Shown piece after piece: positions 16,965 through 22,275 of a stretch of DNA of 34,468 nt; position 1 is the stretch's first letter; the number at the start of each line of letters is the position of its first letter. This DNA is from a virus, in IMG/VR virus record IMGVR_UViG_3300045988_066560, positions 1 through 34,468 of that record; one strand, given 5' to 3'. The notes under the pieces are model-generated. The model was not told the DNA's origin. It saw only the letters and a list, made by a program, of their open reading frames with translations, and did not search any database. The translations under genes and the position numbers were made by a program.

Positions 16965-17237
16965 TCACTTTTGTATCCAGCCTTCTACGATGCACTTATC
17001 GTCTGTTTTTGCTCTTGGTAATCTTGCATAAAATCCACTTTTACGCACATCTTCCCTGCATTCTTCCACTGTTTTTCTCAAAATGCAGAACGGTGTCGGT
17101 TCCCCTGTTTTTGCATTAAATACCCTTGCTACGCATTTCTCCGGAAAATCCAATGGTCTTTTATAGATAACCACCATGGGAATAGGTATTTCTTTCCAGT
17201 CCATTTCTTTTAAGCTGTTAATCACTTTGTTTTTCAT
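16965..17237 (-). CDS. Hypothetical protein (90 aa)
   Basis: ORF in the operon chain. Confidence 0.5.
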   Translation of the reverse strand: MKNKVINSLKEMDWKEIPIPMVVIYKRPLDFPEKCVARVFNAKTGEPTPFCILRKTVEECREDVRKSGFYARLPRAKTDDKCIVEGWIQK

Positions 17238-17640
17238 TTTTCTCCTTCATTTCTCTTAAAATCCAATCAGAATAAGTGTGTTTGCCTACTTCCACGTTTA
17301 CTTCATGCTCTTGTATTACCTCCCACAGAGCTTTCCATTCTTCCTGATTTTTAACCGATTTAAAACCGTCTCTTGCCCATATTTTCATCTTGTCTCTTAC
17401 CGCATAAAGGACAAATTGATTTCCGGAATAAATGCAGATTTTGCATGGTTCATGTACTCTTTTTAAAGCTTCTGTCAGAGTTTTTAAAATTTCCTGATTG
17501 TATGTGCCTTTTCCGGTTCGGAAACCTTCTCTTGTTATAGGAGTCTTGCCTTTTATGTATTCCAGCACATAACCGCAGCTTCTCTCTTTCTTCTGGAAGG
17601 CTGTGTTACTGGTCTCTATGTATATATTTATGCTTTTCAC
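17218..17640 (-). CDS. RNase H-like fold protein (divergent RNase HI)
   Basis: By-eye alignment to E. coli RNase HI: INIYIETS vs VEIFTDGS, YNQEILKTLTEAL vs NNRMELMAAIVAL, ICIYSGNQF vs ILSTDSQY. Confidence 0.5.
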   Translation of the reverse strand: MKSINIYIETSNTAFQKKERSCGYVLEYIKGKTPITREGFRTGKGTYNQEILKTLTEALKRVHEPCKICIYSGNQFVLYAVRDKMKIWARDGFKSVKNQEEWKALWEVIQEHEVNVEVGKHTYSDWILREMKEKNEKQSD

Positions 17641-18363
17641 TTACCCGCCCTCCTTAATGAGTGTGTAATAGATAAATTCATATCCATCCGCCGTTATTCC
17701 TTCTCTTAAACTATCTTTATCCAGATACCAGCCGGCAGGAACTTTAATTTCCTTTGAAAATTGATTTCCTTTCATTTTCTGTTTCTTCGGTACCGGACGA
17801 ATGAGGTTCTTGCTTGGATTATAAGATTTCTTCTGTATCTGCTCGTTGGTTTCCCTTGTTTTCTGGAAGTATTTAATAAAATACTCTGCCAGTCTCCTGT
17901 ACTGCCCACTTCTCTCCATTGGTTTCATGGTAGTCCATCCGTGTGACCAAATGTCCCTTAACTTCCTTGCATCTATCGGACTTAAAACCATGTGTATATG
18001 TGCTCCCCCTCGTTTTCCTACTTCTGCAGTCCAGACATATTTCAGGATCAGGTTCTCCTTTTTGTAAATATCCCTTATCTTTCGTAGTAGCTTCTGCTCG
18101 TGCTGATGCAATTCCTTTATGCTCTGTGGACGCAGCTCTTTTTTATAGTCAAAGGTCACATACCAGCAATCTTTATTAAAATTGGCATTCAACAGGCGAG
18201 TTAATCTTTTTACCAGATGTCTGTCATTTATTTTTTGTTGCTGTTCCGTGGTAGGGTTTACCCTCGCCCTTCTTTTCCTTCCTTTTGGCTGCAACCAGTA
18301 AGTGTAATACTTGGATATCTCCTTTGTCTTTCCTGCCTTACACACCATCTTCATGTATGGCAT
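17641..18363 (-). CDS. HUH-superfamily rolling-circle replication initiator-like protein
   Basis: HUH motif GGAHIHMVL. Upstream block TTEQQQKINDRHLVKRLTRLLNANFNKDCWYVTFDY resembles Rep ORF2/G2P-type proteins. Tyr-containing YFIKYF. The ATG at 18363 has AGGAGGA 6 nt upstream, whereas the track start at 18450 has none. Confidence 0.6.
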   Translation of the reverse strand: MPYMKMVCKAGKTKEISKYYTYWLQPKGRKRRARVNPTTEQQQKINDRHLVKRLTRLLNANFNKDCWYVTFDYKKELRPQSIKELHQHEQKLLRKIRDIYKKENLILKYVWTAEVGKRGGAHIHMVLSPIDARKLRDIWSHGWTTMKPMERSGQYRRLAEYFIKYFQKTRETNEQIQKKSYNPSKNLIRPVPKKQKMKGNQFSKEIKVPAGWYLDKDSLREGITADGYEFIYYTLIKEGG

Positions 18364-18407
18364 TTTCTGTCCTCCTGTCGAAACTGTAATAAACTTAGCA
18401 AGTCTAA

Positions 18408-18440
18408 AACGGGCTTTTCTGCCCGTTATTTTCTTGATTT
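18408..18440 (+). terminator. GC-rich hairpin plus T-tract in the rep leader (plus-strand terminator geometry; possible attenuator on the minus strand)
   Basis: AACGGGC-TTTTCT-GCCCGTT followed by ATTTTCTTGATTT. Confidence 0.45.
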
Positions 18441-18462
18441 CGGAAGCCATATATGCTATACT
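18434..18462 (+). promoter_or_regulatory. Sigma-A-type promoter on the plus strand, antisense to the rep leader
   Basis: -35 TTGATT (18434-18439), 17-nt spacer, TGc-extended -10 TATACT (18457-18462). Confidence 0.55.
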
Positions 18463-18468
18463 TTTTGT

Positions 18469-18527
18469 AGGCTTAAAGTTTCATATATGACTTACCCGGA
18501 GCGTGTCTCTCCGGGCTTTTCTTTTTT
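18469..18527 (+). ncRNA. Predicted short antisense RNA (about 55-60 nt) opposite the rep mRNA leader
   Basis: Defined by the promoter at 18434-18462 and the strong terminator at 18495-18530. No ORF. Confidence 0.4.
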
Positions 18528-18530
18528 ATT
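18495..18530 (+). terminator. Strong rho-independent terminator (plus strand)
   Basis: CCCGGAG-CGTGTCT-CTCCGGG followed by CTTTTCTTTTTTATTT. Confidence 0.7.
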
Positions 18531-18741
18531 TGATTTGTACAAAATTATGTCCCACTGCTCTGGTATGCTTGTACTCTCTTTTTCCCATAAAGTTTCCTTT
18601 TCCTCCGTGACTCCCATAGAATTGGTCTATAAGATTGAAACTTTCTAAAGTAAGGGATGTTATTCCGTGTCTCTCTTTAATCCGTTCTATCTCGGAAAAT
18701 ACAGGTAAGAGTTCTTTTTCTAATTGTGTAAATTCTCCCAT
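18526..18741 (-). CDS. Hypothetical protein (71 aa)
   Basis: ORF in the early operon chain. Confidence 0.5.
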   Translation of the reverse strand: MGEFTQLEKELLPVFSEIERIKERHGITSLTLESFNLIDQFYGSHGGKGNFMGKREYKHTRAVGHNFVQIK

Positions 18742-18769
18742 TGCTTTTTTCTCCGTATTCTTGTATAAT
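18741..18769 (+). promoter_or_regulatory. Candidate plus-strand promoter
   Basis: Perfect -10 TATAAT (18764-18769), 17-nt spacer, -35 TTGCTT (18741-18746). Confidence 0.4.
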
Positions 18770-18789
18770 GGACTTGTTAATTAAATTCC

Positions 18790-18999
18790 CTAGTCCGCAT
18801 GAGTTCTATCTCTGCGGGCTTTTTTCTTTAACAACATTTCCCATTCTCTTACTTTCTCGATAGACCAGAACAGCATATATGTAACCATCCCTACTCCAAA
18901 TATCTGTCCTAAAAGGCTCATATCTTCGGGAATTTTAAAAACTGTGTTAAATAACAGTGCTGTCCCCAGAATTGCTTGTGTTAAGCTTTCACTGTGCAT
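18790..18999 (-). CDS. Small membrane protein (two hydrophobic helices, basic C-terminal tail)
   Basis: AILGTALLFNTVF and LLGQIFGVGMVTYMLFWSI, followed by LLKKKARRDRTHAD. Confidence 0.55.
   Translation of the reverse strand: MHSESLTQAILGTALLFNTVFKIPEDMSLLGQIFGVGMVTYMLFWSIEKVREWEMLLKKKARRDRTHAD
18793..18830 (+). terminator. Strong rho-independent terminator (plus strand) embedded in the 3' end of the minus-strand membrane-protein gene
   Basis: GTCCGCA...TGCGGGC stem (7 bp with one G-U) plus an inner GAG/CTC extension, followed by TTTTTTCTTT. Confidence 0.6.
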
Positions 19000-19018
19000 G
19001 GCTTGTCCTTCCTTTCTT

Positions 19019-19042
19019 ACCGCACTAGGCGGTCTTTCTTTT
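19019..19042 (+). terminator. Short hairpin plus T-tract (plus-strand terminator geometry)
   Basis: ACCGC-ACTAG-GCGGT followed by CTTTCTTTTG. Confidence 0.35.
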
Positions 19043-19171
19043 GTAAAACGCCAAAATTATTCTGGATACATTATCAACAATATTTTTAATCTCTTCTTCC
19101 GAAGTATTTTTTGAAAAATCGTCTCGTACCTCTATTTTGTTTTCTCCTTTATTTTCTTTTAAGAGCACCAT
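19025..19171 (-). CDS. Hypothetical small protein (48 aa)
   Basis: The internal ATG at 19171 is preceded by AAGGAGG. The longer track ORF would overlap the upstream gene by 62 nt. Confidence 0.45.
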   Translation of the reverse strand: MVLLKENKGENKIEVRDDFSKNTSEEEIKNIVDNVSRIILAFYKRKTA

Positions 19172-19217
19172 AGAGCCACCTCCTTGTTTTATGGTATGCT
19201 GTTCTTCTTGTCTATGT

Positions 19218-19439
19218 TTATGTAGGATGTATTTTAATCTTTGACACTTCCTCACGGTATCTTTGCATCGCTTTTCCAATTAGAGCCACTCCTGCATCAT
19301 TGTTGTTCCATCTTTCTTCTCTCATACGTGCGTCTATTGCTTTCTTTAATTCCCCGTATGTTTTACACTGGGATTTCATCTTCCTATATAATCGATCTGC
19401 TTCTGTTTCCAGCATTTCTTCAATTTTTGTTATTTCCAT
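19218..19439 (-). CDS. Hypothetical protein (73 aa), first gene of the leftward early cluster after the divergent region
   Basis: ORF with GAGG upstream. Confidence 0.5.
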   Translation of the reverse strand: MEITKIEEMLETEADRLYRKMKSQCKTYGELKKAIDARMREERWNNNDAGVALIGKAMQRYREEVSKIKIHPT

Positions 19440-19486
19440 ATTCCTTTACCTCACTTTCTTTTCCAGTACCTTTGTATCTTTTGTAC

Positions 19487-19515
19487 TTGCCATTTTCTCT
19501 TGATTTCCCTATACT
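19487..19515 (+). promoter_or_regulatory. Plus-strand sigma-A-type promoter for the 85-aa membrane protein gene
   Basis: -35 TTGCCA (19487-19492), 17-nt spacer, -10 TATACT (19510-19515). Confidence 0.55.
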
Positions 19516-19553
19516 TTAAAATAATCATTTTAAGCAGAAAGGAAGTATGACTT

Positions 19554-19811
19554 ATGCCGCCTTATAAATTTACACCTGAGTACACTGAACTCTCCTCAAT
19601 CAAGAAAGAGTTGCGCCCTTTGGAAGATATTGCATCTTCCGCTGAAACAATTGCCAATTCTGCTAAAACTCAATCTGAACTTGCAGTCGAAAAATCAAAG
19701 AAAGCTGACATAAAAGGTTGGATTGCAGTTGGTATTTCTGCGTTTGCTCTTCTAATAGAAATTATTTGTAATTACGAGCAAATTGCTGATTTTTTTAGCA
19801 AATTATTTTAA
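19554..19811 (+). CDS. Small C-terminally membrane-anchored protein (85 aa), moron-like
   Basis: Has its own promoter, an AAGGAAG RBS and its own terminator. TM segment GWIAVGISAFALLIEIICNY. Confidence 0.6.
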   Translation: MPPYKFTPEYTELSSIKKELRPLEDIASSAETIANSAKTQSELAVEKSKKADIKGWIAVGISAFALLIEIICNYEQIADFFSKLF

Positions 19812-19872
19812 TACAAAATTAGAAATTAAAACAATTATCAGGGTAATAATAGAAAATACCAATCCTACATCT

Positions 19873-19908
19873 GAAACCGTTATTTTTGACGGTTTCTTTT
19901 CTTTCTTG
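19873..19908 (+). terminator. Rho-independent terminator (plus strand)
   Basis: GAAACCGT-TATTTTTG-ACGGTTTC followed by TTTTCTTTCTT. Confidence 0.7.
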
Positions 19909-19933
19909 TCGTTCATCTTCTTCACTTCACTTT

Positions 19934-20080
19934 CTATTTCTTCTTATTTCTCCAATTCCGATATGCTTTTTTTAAATCTTCTGGAATTGACTCATAAATC
20001 AATAGTGCCATAAGGATTATAAGCGCGACTAGCAGTACAATAAGTACAATCGCGAATATCCCACCTAAGATTTTAACCAT
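19934..20080 (-). CDS. Small hydrophobic peptide with Lys-rich tail (48 aa), toxin/holin-like
   Basis: MVKILGGIFAIVLIVLLVALIILMALLIYESIPEDLKKAYRNWRNKKK. The track start at 20122 is TTG without an RBS. The ATG is at 20080. Confidence 0.5.
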   Translation of the reverse strand: MVKILGGIFAIVLIVLLVALIILMALLIYESIPEDLKKAYRNWRNKKK

Positions 20081-20129
20081 TTCCTTCACCCTACCTTCTT
20101 TTTCATGGTTCAAACTAAACAACTATTAT

Positions 20130-20345
20130 CTACTCTGGAATAATAGATGTTTTAATTGCATTACATTCCTTATATATCTGTGGAATTAACATTTCGGTAT
20201 CCATTTCAGCAAGGAAGTTTCCTTCAAAATCCCAGTATTGTATTACCTCACGTACTGGGTCTTTTTCTGTTCCCAGTCCTCTTTTTGCTTTTGTCTCTAT
20301 AACCTGTATAACTTTTGCACTCTTTGTTCCATTAGCTCTATTCAT
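20130..20345 (-). CDS. Hypothetical protein (71 aa)
   Basis: The ATG at 20345 is preceded by GGGGTGAG. ORF in the leftward chain. Confidence 0.5.
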   Translation of the reverse strand: MNRANGTKSAKVIQVIETKAKRGLGTEKDPVREVIQYWDFEGNFLAEMDTEMLIPQIYKECNAIKTSIIPE

Positions 20346-20349
20346 TTTT

Positions 20350-20386
20350 CTCACCCCACTTTCTTTTCCATGAAGTCCCTAATTTT
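20350..20386. repeat. 37-nt direct repeat, copy A (33/37 identical to 21073-21109)
   Basis: ctcaccccactttcttttccatgaagtccctaatttt versus ctcaccctgctttcttttccatggagtccctgatttt. Confidence 0.85.
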
Positions 20387-20388
20387 CC

Positions 20389-20417
20389 TTGTAATTCGCT
20401 ATATTTTTTCCTATACT
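20389..20417 (+). promoter_or_regulatory. Plus-strand promoter for the zinc-ribbon gene
   Basis: -35 TTGTAA (20389-20394), 17-nt spacer, -10 TATACT (20412-20417). Confidence 0.5.
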
Positions 20418-20468
20418 TTACTTACAGGCTCCCGCCAGAGCCGAGTAATTTACGAAAGGATTATTTTT

Positions 20469-20939
20469 ATGTCTTATGGTTATGTCACAATTTGCCTTAA
20501 TGGGCATATCGTAAGTAAGTATAATGCCAATCATCAGAAATATTGTTCTCAATGCGGAGCAGAAACTTACTCTTTCTGTCCTAAATGCCAAACACATATA
20601 CGTGGAATTTTTAGTGCTCCTGGGGTAATACTGATAGGAGAGCAGCCTTATGAACTTCCTCACTATTGTCATGAATGTGGTTCTCCTTATCCTTGGACAC
20701 AGAAAATACTTGATAATTCCATTGAACTTCTAGCCTTAGATGATGATTTAGACGACGAGTCTAAAGAACTAATCAAAAATGCTATTCCGGAATTAATCGT
20801 CGATGTTCCAACTACTCCTATTGCTATTGCAAAATATAGAAAAGGAATATCTGCTTGCGGGCAAATTTTAAAAGACTCCTTACGCCAGCTTCTTATTGAT
20901 ATTGTAAGTGAAACGACTAAAAAGGCTTTATTCCCGTAG
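20469..20939 (+). CDS. Multi-zinc-ribbon protein with acidic helical C-terminal domain (DUF2321-like from memory), moron-like
   Basis: The ATG at 20469 has a GAAAGGA RBS. CLNGH, CSQCG, CPKC and CHECG pairs. Opposite orientation to the flanking genes. Confidence 0.6.
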   Translation: MSYGYVTICLNGHIVSKYNANHQKYCSQCGAETYSFCPKCQTHIRGIFSAPGVILIGEQPYELPHYCHECGSPYPWTQKILDNSIELLALDDDLDDESKELIKNAIPELIVDVPTTPIAIAKYRKGISACGQILKDSLRQLLIDIVSETTKKALFP

Positions 20940-21069
20940 ATTTTCCGCAATACTGACAATATTTATCAGTTTTTAATATTAGCCTTTTGCACCAAGCACA
21001 ACGAACTAAGCCATTCTTTAAAAGTTTTTTCTCGTTGTGCTTCTTTATTAACGCATTAAGTACTTTCAT
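20917..21069 (-). CDS. Small zinc-ribbon protein (50 aa)
   Basis: Hand translation MKVLNALIKKHNEKKLLKNGLVRCAWCKRLILKTDKYCQYCGKSTGIKPF. The start is coupled to the upstream stop (TGAGGGAATG). Its 3' end overlaps the convergent zinc-ribbon gene by 23 nt. Confidence 0.4.
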   Translation of the reverse strand: MKVLNALIKKHNEKKLLKNGLVRCAWCKRLILKTDKYCQYCGKSTGIKPF

Positions 21070-21072
21070 TCC

Positions 21073-21109
21073 CTCACCCTGCTTTCTTTTCCATGGAGTC
21101 CCTGATTTT
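21073..21109. repeat. 37-nt direct repeat, copy B
   Basis: See copy A. Here it encodes the C-terminus (IRDSMEKKAG-stop) of the 45-aa ORF plus the RBS of the next gene. Confidence 0.85.
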
Positions 21110-21211
21110 TAACACTTCCGCTGCACTTTTCATAACAAGAAGGCTTTCTCTTGTCATCTGCTGCATGTTCTGAACAATTTCTTTAATTTGTTTTTTCTGT
21201 TCTTCTTTCAT
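21074..21211 (-). CDS. Small helical protein (45 aa), first ORF after the consensus promoter
   Basis: AGGAGGAACAGAC precedes the ATG at 21211. Hand translation MKEEQKKQIKEIVQNMQQMTRESLLVMKSAAEVLKIRDSMEKKAG. Confidence 0.5.
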   Translation of the reverse strand: MKEEQKKQIKEIVQNMQQMTRESLLVMKSAAEVLKIRDSMEKKAG

Positions 21212-21244
21212 GTCTGTTCCTCCTGTCTTTGTTTTTATACCACC

Positions 21245-21273
21245 ATTATATGTTTAATACAAACATTTGTCAA
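21245..21273 (-). promoter_or_regulatory. Perfect consensus sigma-A promoter firing leftward
   Basis: The minus strand reads TTGACA (21273-21268), an exactly 17-nt spacer, then TATAAT (21250-21245). Confidence 0.75.
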
Positions 21274-21399
21274 GTGCAAAATTGTTGCTATTCAACATTT
21301 TATCATTGACGTTTGCCACCCAGTGTGATATTCTATGAATCTGTAATTATTATATTCCAATCTTATATATAGTCAAGCGTTTTTTATAAAAAAGTGCAT

Positions 21400-21427
21400 A
21401 AAAAATAAGCCGGGATTTCTCCCGGCT
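21400..21427 (-). terminator. Rho-independent terminator of the lysis operon
   Basis: Minus strand AGCCGGGA-GAAA-TCCCGGCT followed by TATTTTTTAT. The stem overlaps the endolysin stop codon. Confidence 0.8.
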
Positions 21428-22262
21428 ATACTAATGCCCCTCTGTCATTTGTTCTTGCCATGCGTCCGTCACTCAAAAATGCGTACAGCTCATTTCCAAT
21501 CCACAGCATTTCATCTCTTGCCATGTATCCGCCGTCTTTTAACCAGTACCAGGCATCTCCCTCTTTGTACCAGTTGTTTTCCAGCATTGCGCCGTCTGGC
21601 TGTAAATAAAACCAATTTCCGTTTACATACGCCCATCCGGTACGCATCGCTCCCCATTTATCCATATAATACCAGTGGTTTTCGATTTTATGCCAGCCCT
21701 CTGTATACATATAGCCACTGCCGTCAAAATAATACCAAATTCCGTTAATCTTTTCCCAGTTATTTGTTGTATAGCTGCCGTCTGCGTGCCTATACCACCA
21801 GCCTGTGCTATCTTGTACCCAACGGTCTGTTTCTCCGTTTACAATAGCCTCAAAGGGAAAATTATCTCCGGGACAATTTGTAGGGTTTACATCTTTATGC
21901 TTCTGTACCTTTGTAATGCCATATTTGCTTTTTAAAGAGGCAATAAGCTCTTTTCCTGCGTTAATCTGTGCCTGTCCCATGCGTTCTGTCATAAATGCCC
22001 CTTCGAAACAGATGCCAATACTGTCGGAATTGCATCCGGTAGCGTGTGCTCCTACTGTATCCTCCGGTCTTCCCCTCTCGATTGTGCCGTCTTTTCTAAC
22101 TAAAAAGTGGTAGCCCATGCCAGCCCATCCACGTTCCTTATGCCAGCGGTGGATATCCTGCGCAGAGCATTTAGACGCATCGGCATTATGTAAGATAATA
22201 CGTGTTGTTTTGCTTCTTTTGCTTAAAGAGCCAAATTTTAAGTTTGTTTCTACAATATTCAT
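21426..22262 (-). CDS. Endolysin: N-acetylmuramoyl-L-alanine amidase (Amidase_2/PGRP) plus C-terminal cell-wall-binding repeats
   Basis: ILHNADASKCSAQDIHRWHKERGWAGMGYHFLV...GAHATGCNSDSIGICFEG, then aromatic repeats GWWYRHADGSY, NGIWYYFDGSGYM, NHWYYMDKWGAM, NGNWFYLQPDGAM, GDAWYWLKDGGYM. Strong RBS. Confidence 0.9.
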   Translation of the reverse strand: MNIVETNLKFGSLSKRSKTTRIILHNADASKCSAQDIHRWHKERGWAGMGYHFLVRKDGTIERGRPEDTVGAHATGCNSDSIGICFEGAFMTERMGQAQINAGKELIASLKSKYGITKVQKHKDVNPTNCPGDNFPFEAIVNGETDRWVQDSTGWWYRHADGSYTTNNWEKINGIWYYFDGSGYMYTEGWHKIENHWYYMDKWGAMRTGWAYVNGNWFYLQPDGAMLENNWYKEGDAWYWLKDGGYMARDEMLWIGNELYAFLSDGRMARTNDRGALV

Positions 22263-22275
22263 AGTTCTTTCCTCC

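Noticed and set aside
18431-18441. A CTTGAT motif next to the rep-leader hairpin resembles the pC194/phiX174-family nick-site core CTTG/ATA. A 10-mer tcttgatttc recurs at 19498-19507.
   Set aside because: A 6-mer, or a single 10-mer repeat, is expected by chance many times in 34 kb. It is mentioned only as a possible origin clue and is not reportable on its own.
21306-21340. Plus-strand promoter-like TTGACG-15 nt-GATATT pointing toward the endolysin terminator.
   Set aside because: The spacer is short and the -10 is weak. There is no downstream ORF (only ATG-AAT-CTG-TAA) and no plus-strand terminator. I kept it only as context for the operator finding.
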